From Phoronis australis (lineage: Eukaryota; Animalia; Phoronida), in the NCBI GenBank assembly GCA_002633005.1, contig NMRA01000630.1:62001-126000 (forward strand): DNA of 64,000 nucleotides. The letters are read 5' to 3'. Below are positions 55,601 through 64,000 of the stretch, piece after piece; within the stretch, counting starts at the first letter, position 1, and every line of letters begins with the position of its first letter. The notes beneath the pieces were generated by a model, which saw only the letters and a list, made by a program, of their open reading frames with translations, did not search any database and had not been told where the DNA came from. A program made the position numbers and the translations under genes.

Positions 55601-55760
55601 GTGGACACAGGAGTGTATCTTATTGGACAGGAAGATGAATAAACTTCTTGAAATATGGCCGTCGTTGTTTGTTGAGTTAGTACAGACTGCGGTCGTGGAA
55701 ATGTATGACAAGCAAACGTACATGAAAAGATGTATGGAGGAATTGGAGTCCAAGGCATGA
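1607..55760 (+). CDS. LRRC49: Leucine-rich repeat-containing protein 49 (whole spliced gene, 17 coding exons, ~814 aa)
   Basis: Manual splice: 1607-1651, 3417-3485, 17720-17828, 18719-18892, 25599-25704, 27493-27696, 28456-28666, 29681-29742, 43291-43438, 47822-47905 (or 49294-49377), 50917-51116, 51532-51717, 52128-52341, 53120-53305, 54564-54670, 55130-55268, 55560-55760. All introns are GT-AG with matching phases; total 2445 nt ending in TGA. Peptides such as LTICPILEGEEQLRLLNYQHN, QLRQLDMKRISDEERR, LDRNWGVQAAG and WKPYLIFRLAHF match LRRC49 as I recall it. Confidence 0.95.
2256..2313. repeat. 16-bp tandem repeat x3.5
   Basis: CACCTRTGYAGAGGAA units. Confidence 0.85.
3417..3485 (+). CDS. 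LRRC49: LRRC49 exon 2 (KYMFGPTFSLQASASPVVERAKQ)
   Basis: ctttcttacag| acceptor, CAG|GTATAC donor, 69 nt, phase 0-0. Confidence 0.7.
7994..9093. mobile_element. Non-autonomous ~1.1-kb TIR DNA transposon (TA-flanked, Tc1/mariner/pogo-like)
   Basis: Left end TACCATACTCGTCTGTATTACCGCCCA versus right end (reverse complement) TACCGTACTCGTCCAGGTTACCACCCA; subterminal repeats CCCATRCTyGGCTTACCGyCCAC near 8017, 8071 and 9010; no transposase ORF. Confidence 0.8.
10452..10536 (-). mobile_element. 5'-truncated CR1/L2-type LINE (or derived SINE) 3' tail
   Basis: (TTTA)n microsatellite tail next to a stem-loop ATGAGGGT...GCCCTCAT (10487-10536), the usual layout of CR1/L2 3' ends. Confidence 0.5.
13372..13437. 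repeat. Perfect 33-bp tandem duplication
   Basis: CTGTTATTGAATCATAGTCTGATATAGTGTGTT x2. Confidence 0.9.
15141..15490. mobile_element. Degenerate ~350-bp MITE
   Basis: Imperfect inverted ends TAAGCCCATGCGCCT and AGGTACGTGGGCTTA. Confidence 0.4.
17720..17828 (+). CDS. LRRC49: LRRC49 exon 3 (TPDFRLTKDTGAIKSG...QYQIQ)
   Basis: tctcttcag| acceptor, AAG|GTACTG donor; DFRLTKDT resembles human EFKLNKDT; phase 0-1. Confidence 0.8.
18719..18892 (+). CDS. LRRC49: LRRC49 exon 4 (DRQSGSPY...SPVYLP), low-complexity
   Basis: gcttacag| acceptor, CAG|GTACGT donor, 174 nt open, phase 1-1, GC-richer than flanks. Confidence 0.8.
21268..21410. repeat. 36-bp minisatellite x4
   Basis: TGAAATATGATTGGTTACAAGGGATTTTAGATATGG units. 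Confidence 0.92.
25599..25704 (+). CDS. LRRC49: LRRC49 exon 5 (GDRVIFTENPAQPGVPIVYRSGEERAANPDRLNLDR)
   Basis: ttgtgcag| acceptor, CAG|GTACAC donor, phase 1-2; DRLNLDR corresponds to human DRLSLER; this frame is not in the ORF track. Confidence 0.9.
27493..27696 (+). CDS. LRRC49: LRRC49 exon 6, LRR repeats
   Basis: ttctccag| acceptor, CAG|GTAGGT donor; SDS22-like repeats LxxLxLxxNxI. Confidence 0.97.
28456..28666 (+). CDS. LRRC49: LRRC49 exon 7, LRR repeats
   Basis: ttttttcag| acceptor, GTG|GTAAGT donor; LDVLDLHGNHI, LRVLNLAGN, LAELNLRRN. Confidence 0.97.
29681..29742 (+). CDS. LRRC49: LRRC49 exon 8 (TEIELLPSLQRLFLSFNEIT)
   Basis: ttgttgcag| acceptor, TG|GTGAGT donor, 62 nt, one LRR. Confidence 0.93.
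43291..43438 (+). CDS. LRRC49: LRRC49 exon 9, LRR cap (FSDISCIGDSPSLSEISLDGNP...QLRQLDMKRIS)
   Basis: tttgttacag| acceptor, TCG|GTAAGT donor; follows a 13.5-kb intron. Confidence 0.95.
47822..47905 (+). CDS. LRRC49: LRRC49 exon 10, copy A (DEERRIALVMARREDEKRKEFTKAAVIK), coiled coil
   Basis: ggttgcag| acceptor, AAG|GTATGG donor, 84 nt. Confidence 0.9.
47922..48062. repeat. ~32-bp degenerate tandem repeat after exon 10 (also at 49394-49535)
   Basis: TGGCACATTTAGAACAYGACTGTCAAATG units. Confidence 0.85.
49294..49377 (+). CDS. LRRC49: LRRC49 exon 10, copy B (probably the allelic copy)
   Basis: Same peptide as copy A with one synonymous change (GCA>GCG); intact splice sites; lies across an N gap. 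Confidence 0.8.
50607..50735. repeat. ~63-bp imperfect tandem duplication
   Basis: GTATGGCTCTTGTGATT..GGACGAGG..GGTCATCTTCCA x2. Confidence 0.85.
50917..51116 (+). CDS. LRRC49: LRRC49 exon 11 (EKRRLAIDNAKKQWE...ESVERW)
   Basis: tttttcag| acceptor, AT|GTAAGT donor; start resembles human EKKRLTINNVARQW. Confidence 0.92.
51117..51270 (+). repeat. 31-bp minisatellite x5 starting at the exon 11 donor
   Basis: GTAAGTTGKGTGYRGWGGATGTTAGCATTGT at 51117, 51148, 51179, 51210 and 51241. Confidence 0.95.
51532..51717 (+). CDS. LRRC49: LRRC49 exon 12 (DAARDANRVLNRPMSASS...NDALK), Arg/Ser-rich
   Basis: gaccttttag| acceptor, AG|GTGAGT donor, 186 nt open, phase 2-2. Confidence 0.85.
52128..52341 (+). CDS. 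LRRC49: LRRC49 exon 13 (LADGDKADVSHLAELQGDVLNLYG...RFPSAV); acceptor ambiguous (52110/52125/52128)
   Basis: LDRNWGVQAAGAVTTITFKFI motif; GTG|GTGAGT donor. Confidence 0.92.
53120..53305 (+). CDS. LRRC49: LRRC49 exon 14 (NLVFTSNG...LRKINDVE)
   Basis: ttcacag| acceptor, GAG|GTACGC donor; NALASVRRLD, WKPYLIFRLAHF. Confidence 0.95.
53137..54262. repeat. ~560-bp near-identical direct duplication (53137-53699 / 53701-54262) joined by a single N
   Basis: Copy 2 holds a 5'-truncated exon 14 without an acceptor; only a few substitutions between copies. Confidence 0.95.
54564..54670 (+). CDS. LRRC49: LRRC49 exon 15 (VSPLDITNAERLFGPV...LPQSRLLKLLGES)
   Basis: ctgttcag| acceptor, AG|GTACGC donor; AERLFG conserved. 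Confidence 0.93.
55130..55268 (+). CDS. LRRC49: LRRC49 exon 16 (KKQVMALFDD...GSRAQ)
   Basis: tttatgcag| acceptor, CAG|GTGAGT donor, phase 2-0. Confidence 0.9.
55560..55760 (+). CDS. LRRC49: LRRC49 terminal exon 17 (EGSKAEVAKSY...IWPSLFVELVQTAVVEMYDKQTYMKRCMEELESKA*)
   Basis: gatttcag| acceptor; WPSLFVELV resembles human WPQMFIELV; TGA at 55758-55760. Confidence 0.93.
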   Translation, partial: EGSKAEVAKSYVSEWTQECILLDRKMNKLLEIWPSLFVELVQTAVVEMYDKQTYMKRCMEELESKA

Positions 55761-56742
55761 TGGGAAATATTTTAGGCCAAATTGAGTAGCAGCACGCTCT
55801 CACTTGAGGTTCAAGCATCGTGGGAAGTGCTTTAATAAGTTACTGGAATGTGAATGTCTTTCTCTCAAAATCTTACATATGACAGTTGCATCTCAAGCAG
55901 ACGTATATTGAAGAGAACATGGAGGAAATCGAAATTGAAGCCAAGGCATGATGGGATTTGTCCAATACAGTGAAGGCACAAATCTTTTAACTGGAAATTA
56001 CGGGATGGTGGGAAGTTTACTTTCTACATGTAAAAGTTTTTCAGAATGTGTCTTGTGTGATTACTGAAAGTGGGCATGTACACTATGTGTTAGTTTATCA
56101 AACTCCCACCAGGGTTTTGAAGGTCTTCGATTATATGATTTTGTCATGGTTATTCGCTCGCGGTGGATACATTATCCGTTAACTCCTTGTGTCAGGCATG
56201 CTGCATTCACAGTTTTGTAATGCCATATCAAAAGATGACCAAGAGAAGAAGAACGTGTTGCTGCCTGTGTTCTATTACATGGCGGCCATTTTGAGAGCAG
56301 TGGTGCCATTTGTTATTGTAATGTCTCTTGTATACGGTGACAGGCAACATTAAAGAATAACGCAACCATCCCAAATGTATGACAAAGGCTCGATATGCGA
56401 GTTTTTTGGGTACTATTTTTTAACAACAATCAACGATCTCAGTTAAGGAACTCTTACCCATGAGAGATTTCCAATATTAGAATGTTTTTTTTTCTTTTTT
56501 GTGTTTAAAATGTGTCAGTCGACAGGAGATGTGACGCTTCTGAGATCTGAGAGTTTGAGATGGACAATTGAAGTGTGGCCTATTGTGTGATGGTATAAAT
56601 TGAGGCTAGTTTTGCTACTGTTAGCACTGAGGGATGTAACTGCTATAACCCTTGTTGGTGGTTTTAATCAGTTGGTCTTCAGTGTCGTTGAATTTGTTCC
56701 TTTTATGTGCACGATGGGTTATAACTTTTACAACTTTGCTGA

Positions 56743-56782
56743 CTGTTCATGTTCATGTTCATGTTCTTGTTCATGTTCATGT
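56743..56782. repeat. (TGTTCA)n microsatellite in the LRRC49 3' UTR
   Basis: Direct observation. Confidence 0.9.
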
Positions 56783-58263
56783 TTGGTTAAAAGCTCCACA
56801 ACTTCTTACTAAACCACCTTTGCAGACACATAAAGCATACTGAATCAGTTTTAAAGTTTTAACTCCTTCAGTGAAGTTTAAATCGGGTTTAAAAATCATA
56901 GCCACTTTGGTTTGCGGTCAGTTTAGGAGACATGCCATTGAACATGTGTGTTGGCGACTGATCTCTTCTGTAGTATTGCAGTATTACTGCGATATATTTT
57001 TTGTTGGTTTGAAAAAATGGAACTAGACGCGTCGATAACAAGCTGTACTGAAGTTGTTTGTATTGGCTATGTTCTATCAAATCTTGCATTTTGACCATGA
57101 ATTACATCCTGGCTATAGAGCTACATAGTCCATCAACACACAATGTTCAATTGTGTGAGTAGCTAGCCTCCCTTTACCAGGAATATTTGTCAACATCCAT
57201 CAATGTTTCTCACCTTTGTTGGCAATTTAGTTCATTTTCCTCAAGTCAGTTGCGCACAAACATTTGACTGTGGATTGAATATTGATAATGTTAAGAATGA
57301 CAGGCATGATAATATGTTAAATAGTTGGTATGGAGTCTGCTTGTTGCAATAATTTGTTTTCTTGCTCAATTGTTTTGTGTGCTAGAAGGCATTCCATTTT
57401 GTTGTGAGGTTTGAAAAACAAGTTGAAAATGTTTTCAATCTGTTGCAAGTCATTTGTGGTGTGGTCAGTATGTGGCACCAGTTTATGCTAGTCATTGTTA
57501 GTGGAAATTATTCTGGGTGCATGACCGTGCAGTTTTACTCGAGATTTGACTCAAAGGTCAACGATTTCCACGTCATGGTTTCATTAATTGGTCAATTTCT
57601 GAGTTTTGTGATCATAGCGGACACTGCTGTCAAGCAACTTTGAGTGCTTGAAATGGAGTAGGTGGCACTGGTGGAGGTGCAGTGATATTGGCTGAATGTA
57701 AGCATTTGGGTAGTCACGTGGCGCACTTGACCTACGAGTGCTCTTAGCCTATTAGATGACAAAAAGAGGGCTCATGTGTCAGTGGTGCCACCTAGTGGTC
57801 ATCAAGTATACTATTGTTCTTCATATTTCAACAGACGAGTGTACCTTAGTGTCATTGCCTCAGTTATTTTCACCGATACTGAAAAAATAGTTACATTTCA
57901 CAGATTGGAGTTGTTCCAATGTGGAAATTTCCTGAAATGATCCTGATATTTTTGCTCACCGTACTAGGAAACTGCATTGGAATGCTAACTTCCTGGAATT
58001 CTGAGGTTGTGGTATACTCCTTTTGAATTTTCGACAGTTTCATTGTTGAGGCTGTATTCAATTGTATGGTGGAACCAAATGTCACTAAACCAAAGAAAGG
58101 TGATAAATTTTGGTGATGGTCCCCAAAGGACGATCACATATCTGTAGATGACTGATTTAATGACCATCTGCTTAATAATTTACCTAAAAGAAGAGGCTGG
58201 TGTGCACGGTAATACTGTTTTATGCACTTGTTATTAGAATTGTAAATATTTATGATGAATGAA

Positions 58264-58269
58264 AATAAA
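58264..58269 (+). terminator. Candidate LRRC49 polyadenylation signal (3' UTR ~2.5 kb)
   Basis: AATAAA preceded by TGTA and followed by T/GT-rich sequence. Confidence 0.4.
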
Positions 58270-59104
58270 TTATTTTATTTCAGTAAAATATAAGTGTCCT
58301 TATTTCAAAAGTTGTCTTTCCGGTAATTCGAAGATTTCATCTTAAAAATGAATAAGATTCTTAGTCAAAAAACAGTTGGTTCAATAATAACTGACGTAAC
58401 ATTATCTTTATTTTTTATTTCTTTATGAGCCGGGTTTACACAGCCATTGTTCGAGGGGACGCCGTCACTCTTACCTATTGTTTCAGAAAGTATTCACTAA
58501 TGCCCTCTAGGAAGTGGGATCGAGCAATTTGGTCAATTGACGCCAAAATTACAGCACCAGTAATCGCGTCACCACGCTGTAAAAGGACGAGATGTGTAGT
58601 TCTGCCATCGGGGACCTTGGTCAATAATTTAGCTTGGAAACCCATTATCACGTGATGAAAAGTTGTAAAGTATTTCTGGTTCCACCAACATGAGTGATGT
58701 GTGCTACAATACATTCACGTGATTACAAGTGCTGTCACTACTGACCAGTGTATAAGGCCAACATCACCTCACAACTCTACGTACTTGCAAGCCACCAGGG
58801 GAGAGTGAAAAAATTTTGATAGAAGTAGGAGCTTGTCCCAAATTTTAGAAACAGCCAATATTGGCTGCCACAAATTCAAGAATCACAAGAAGGAAGGCAA
58901 ATTTCCTCTGTGTAGATTGAAAACAGTACGAAATTTTAAAAATATATGGTGGACGCCAAAATCACTGTTGTCCCAATATTCAGATTTAAGAAAATTTAAT
59001 TTTGCGAGTTTCCATGTCCCAATTCTAGATACTTCCCAAATTGGAGAATTTTTACTGTAATATTAATATTCACACTTTATAATGGACAACACAAGTTCAG
59101 TTTA

Positions 59105-59465
59105 TAACATATTTATTTTGATTCTACCTCTCCAGTATCAACCAATAACATTTATTACGGCTGGTGTATCATTACAATGTATTACATATCGGTGATATCA
59201 ACCAATAACATTTATTACCAGCTGGTATATCAATACAAGGTATTACAAACCAGTGATATCAACCAATAACATATTAATTTTGATTCTACCTCTCCAGTAT
59301 CAACCAATAACATTTTTACAGCTGGTGTATCATTACGATGTATTACATACCGGTGATATCAACCATTAACATTTATTACACCAGGTATATCATTACAAGG
59401 TATTACACAGGTGATATCACCAGTGATATAATTTCTTGGTAATACACACGACTGATATCACTAAT
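59105..59465. repeat. Nested tandem repeat (~60-bp units inside a ~162-bp higher-order unit)
   Basis: TATCAACCAATAACAT recurs about 5 times; TTTGATTCTACCTCTCCAG at about 59117 and 59279. Confidence 0.9.
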
Positions 59466-59894
59466 AATCACTGCATCTGGGTAAAAAGATATGCAACAGG
59501 GTCACAAAAAATGACACTTTTATTGCTTAGTTTAACATTCACTTTCATCAATGAGTTGATAAATAATTCATTTACACCCGCTTAAATTCAATAACAAACT
59601 GGCTAATGGCAAATATTTTTCATAAACTAATTTAACTTTAAAATCAAGCAATATAAATGACAAAAGCAAAGAGAAACGAATCTCCAAACTTTTACACAAA
59701 ATACTTTAACAAAACATGGCAAATTGACATTTTTTTTCAATGAAATCTTTTCATGACAATAGTCACCATTAAACTGACATTTTCTCTTACTGGCGAGAGG
59801 CAATGTTGCATAGCATTGATAAGAGTGGAAAGCAAGTGGAAAGACTTAAGCTTAAATTGGTTCTGCATGAACATACATGTACATAAAGAACATG

Positions 59895-59985
59895 GCACAC
59901 ACGCATGCACCTGCACACATAAACACGCTTGCACATGCACACAAACACACACACACACACACGCAAACACTATGCACACTGGCAC
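59895..59985. repeat. Degenerate (CA)n microsatellite
   Basis: Direct observation. Confidence 0.85.
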
Positions 59986-60886
59986 ATGTGAAACTATGAT
60001 ACATCTTCACCTAAGCACACAATACGGCCGACGAGTGAAATCTATTCTGTGAATTTCTCCACAAAAATAAAGATTAAGAAAATTTTAATTTATTGCTGGA
60101 ATGGTTTTGTACTGTCAGCGCAGATCATAAAATAACATGGTTTGCACTGTCAGTGAAAGCCACAGGTCATAAAATAACATTTGGCAGCAAGTTAATCAGC
60201 CTCTAAAAATAGAAATTTTTTGGAAGTTTGCCTTCTAAACAAATATGAGAATCACAGAACATTGTTTACAAAATTAAAGCCTCTACAAAGCAACCTCTTG
60301 ATCTAAGTCACTTACTGCTTTACAAAGTATCTCAACTTGTCCCGTACTCAGACAAGAAATGATGTCTGGGTTCACTATAAAATGGATGTGAGATATTCCT
60401 TAAGACCACGCACAAAACAACACGCTGTGACAAACTAACTTGTGGAGCTTGGTTTCAAACAATAACGCATCGTGGGTTCTTTCAAAGCCCTGATGTCACC
60501 TCCAATTTGACTAAGAAACAGTTTGAGATCCACATATTAACACTAGAGATCTAACACAAAAGAGAATGGCTTTATAAACCCTTAAGATACATTCCACACC
60601 TAGAGTTGCCCATAATGCTGCTGGACCAACAGGGGGCAGTGGTTACCATTTTAATAAATTATGCTAATGAGCCAATTAATATGTACAATTTAAGAACTGA
60701 GAAATTCAAAGAGTTCATTATGCCAAAAAGCGGACCAATTGGCCGAAAAAGCGTCTTGCCTGCAAACTTGAGTGCCACTTTAATGTGAATGTGCCAAACA
60801 TTTTGTCATGGAAACAAGCAAGCGCTAAATATCAAAAAATAGCAATAAAAATAACAAGCAGCTAAAACCTACACCCGCAAATGTTA

Positions 60887-61164
60887 CAGGGGCGTAGCTA
60901 GCCATTTTTTGTCTAGGACGTACAAAGAAGTAGTTGCAGACTTCAAACTGTGTCTAAAAGTACATGACTCGTAGACTTGATATTTTACAAGTCCTGTTTG
61001 AAAACTAACGTCCACGTGTCACAGTTGTGAACTGTTTTTAAGATTTATTGAATAAAAACAATGGAAGAGTTATTTAACTTTTCACAGCAAAGTTAACTTA
61101 CAATTAAAACTAAAAAATCATTTTTGTCGATGATGCATTTGTGTATAATGTAGCTACGCCCCTG
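60887..61164. mobile_element. 278-bp MITE with perfect 14-bp TIR (hAT-like end)
   Basis: CAGGGGCGTAGCTA ... TAGCTACGCCCCTG; no clean 8-bp TSD visible. Confidence 0.75.
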
Positions 61165-61499
61165 TGTTCCTAATATTTTTCATAAAATACCAAATATAAA
61201 AATCTTGGTTAAAAATGTCAAAAATCCAAACAAAAGCAACCTTGAGAAATATGCCAGGGTAAAAAATTGATAACAGAAAATATAAAGAACACTACACCAT
61301 TAACAAGAGTTTATACAATTGCAAGAAGCTAAAGACTAATATGTCTACTGTGGGCCGCCGTTTTATGTATTCACACCAGGCACTCCATGTACACAGTTTC
61401 CTCAGCAACAACAAAAGACTGTACGTCTCGATGACGCCACAACTTGACCTGGAGCCGAGAGATTGACAGGAGTACAACTCGACCACAACGCGGCTGTTT

Positions 61500-61515
61500 T
61501 CAGCAGCAACACCAC

Positions 61516-61548
<33 letters not shown>

Positions 61549-61568
61549 TACCAGCAATAGTAGTAACA
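61500..61568. repeat. Interrupted (CAG)n trinucleotide repeat, CTG on the PAQR sense strand
   Basis: Direct observation. Confidence 0.9.
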
Positions 61569-61976
61569 GGCACAGATCAAGACTTTTGATAAATGTGCAT
61601 AGTTACACAAATCTCAATTAATGACACCATTCAGCAGAAAATGTGTTAAAAGATTCCCCTCAAGGTTAAGGGTTAGATTCACTTAGTCAAATTACTCCAC
61701 AAAAAATAGAGAATTTTAGTCGAACATCGGTTGTACATTCGATACTTTTCTGTTTCCAGAAAGTTTATCAGACTTTGACAAGATGGAAAATGGCAATTTT
61801 GGCAACTATTTTTTGTGACAAAAGTCGAGAATGACGATAACGAACATTGGACTCAGCATGAGCTGACAAATATGTAACAGGCAGAATGATGATACAGTAA
61901 CCACCCATCACTTGAGCTGCACGTGAACAGGATTTCCTGGAAACACTTTAAGCATACACTACAATCTAGCCATTCT

Positions 61977-62983
61977 TCAATTCCTTTCAATATTGTCCTT
62001 CTTCAATTTCTGCGTGATGTAATCCTTCATCAGTTTGACAATCAAGACCTCACACAGAAACACTGCAAGAGCATAACCAAAAGTGTCCAGAACAGTCGGC
62101 GTCGGTCGACTTCTGATGTCCACGTGTTCCGCCTGAATGTCAATCAAAACAGCTTCCAACTGGCAATAGGTGGTCAGAATGACACAGATATGAAATATCT
62201 GGTGACCGTGTCCAAAGATGTCAAAAGCTCCCGGGTACAGCTTCTGAGGTAAACCAGAGCCATAGAAAAATGCCCCCGTCGACATCCAAGCAATTTGACC
62301 AAAATGCAGCGGTACGCTTTCGTCACATTTAATATTGTGTGCAGCACAGTTGTAGATTTGATGTATTAGTGGAAGGACTAACCACACATAAGTCAGTGCG
62401 ACCGATGTGAGGTTGAGCAGCTTTGGAGCTAGCGCTCTTGTTCCAGCATAGAAAACTTTGGCTGCACAGCAACACAGACATGCACAAATAGACATCACTG
62501 CACCTATTCCCACAAACCAATACTGACCTTTGTAGTAGAAGTCATTCTCTGTTGAGTAGTAGAAATGGGCCACAGTTGACCCAAAACAATGAAACGCTAT
62601 TCCTGTGTAATCTATCATGAAGCAGGTATAATGCCACAGTTCAGACTTGTTGTGAAAGCAATGTGCCAAACTTGAAAAGGTATACAGAGTTGACGTTGTT
62701 ACAATTAGCAGTACGAAAGGCCATAAGTAGGGGTCATTGAAGAAATCCATCTTGTACGAGTACAGCCATGTTTTATAGATCACTATGATCAATGCGATCA
62801 AATGAGTCCATACGTTCAATGTTTCATTATGCAGCTGAAAGATGCTAAAAAGGTAGCAAAACCAAGGATGATCGCGGCGACGGAAACCAAAATGGATATG
62901 CAGCTCATGAAACAGGGACGGTACGCCATCTTTGTTAGTGATGTCAACAAACAGCTGAGAATCGCTACGCTTGAGCGTGCTTC
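61977..62983 (-). CDS. PAQR7: Membrane progestin receptor alpha/beta-like (class II PAQR, PAQR7/PAQR8-like), last coding exon; 5' exon(s) not located
   Basis: Frame extends upstream of the called ORF to the acceptor tttattttcag|62983: ...VPSLFHELHIHFGFR...FQLHNETLNVWTH. PAQR motifs ExxNxWTH, SSLAH, DYTGI and HQIFH plus about 7 hydrophobic segments. PAQR7 versus PAQR8 orthology is not resolvable. Confidence 0.92.
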
Positions 62984-63459
62984 CTGAAAATAAATCAGTA
63001 ACTCAGGTTAGTAGGGGCTTAATGTAGTAAAACCAAAAATTAAAATATCAAGCATTTTTACCTAAAGACACAGCTTGGCAGAACATTTATTTTTCATATA
63101 GTCAATATCACAGCATGTTAACTTACAGTAATATCTTACTAATTTAAGACATGACATGGTGGACAAATTGAATTTCTCGTTTCTTCCATGAAAGATACGC
63201 AGTCATAAAGTAATGTTTTCATGACTTCAAGGTTTATATCACAGCTACCACCAGACAACGTTTTGTAAAGCTGTTGACATTTACAACATTAGACGTCTTC
63301 GAAAAATTCTAAACAAAACTATTTTGGCAATTATTTTGCTAGAATTGTTGAGATTTACCTTAGTTTGTTAGTAACAAAACTCTTAACATTGTTTTTATGA
63401 GAATGCATTGAACATTTTGATCAAAGTAGCAATCCTTTGAAAAAAGGCAGTTTTACCAA

Positions 63460-63612
63460 TTCAATATTATATTAATATAATCATATGCAGAATTATTTTG
63501 ATATAATGATATTGATATAAGTATACTGATATAATTATATTGATATCATTATTTTGATATAATTATATTGATATTATTATTTTGATATAATTATATTGAT
63601 ATTATTATATTG
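63460..63612. repeat. AT-rich ~14/28-bp minisatellite in the PAQR intron
   Basis: ATTATWTTGATATW units. Confidence 0.9.
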
Positions 63613-64000
63613 GAACAAAATTAAAGAATTTTACCACACAATAAACCATCCATAAGTTGGACATGTGTAGGTAAGATTTTCATTTAACCCGGGCAAAATT
63701 TCAAGGTAATACCATTCTTTGAAGTCCAACATTCAGCCCTTGAGACATGTAGCATGAATGAACTCTCTCAGTGCGACTGGATGTGACTGATGCAAGTTTT
63801 ACAGTGTAGTTTTTGGTGGCTTTTCACAAAACGGAAGGTCAGCTGATATCAGGCAAACATAATGTTGTTTTTTATCATTCAAACTATTGGTTGATTTAGA
63901 CCAGTGCTGCAGTGGGGCATAGGCACATGTAGGCTCAGCCAACCACCATTTGGCATTTGAACGAAGCGCCTACGCACCATAAGTTACAATCAGTGCTCAA

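Noticed and set aside
700-61573. The many 60-140-aa ORFs in the supplied track that do not overlap exons
   Set aside because: Composition is typical of random AT-rich frames, many start at TTG/GTG, and none shows a recognisable domain
61292-61573. Poly-Ala ORF
   Set aside because: Translation of the (CTG)n microsatellite
1-64000. Prokaryotic systems (operons, CRISPR arrays, defence islands, retrons)
   Set aside because: The sequence is spliced eukaryotic DNA. The 31-36-bp repeats are head-to-tail without unique spacers, and there are no cas-like ORFs.

Overview
AT-rich, intron-rich metazoan genomic DNA, not prokaryotic. It looks like a heterozygous invertebrate assembly, but the species cannot be fixed from the sequence. 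Most of the window (1607-55760, + strand) is one 17-exon gene that I spliced by hand into an uninterrupted ORF of about 814 aa. It is recognisable as LRRC49, the LRR protein of the centriolar satellite and tubulin polyglutamylase complex. Convergent with it is the large last coding exon (62983-61977, - strand) of a class II PAQR membrane progestin receptor alpha/beta-like gene, whose start lies further upstream. The rest is introns and UTRs carrying non-autonomous TIR elements, a LINE tail, mini- and microsatellites, and two duplications next to assembly gaps that are probably uncollapsed haplotypes. Nearly all short ORFs in the supplied track are noise. I found no novel multi-gene system. The best leads concern RNA processing and regulation of LRRC49: a minisatellite built from a splice donor, a duplicated C-terminus that may act as an alternative last exon, a candidate internal first exon, many RFX X-boxes, and tiny palindromic transposon footprints. 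Comparisons with human proteins are from memory, not from a search.
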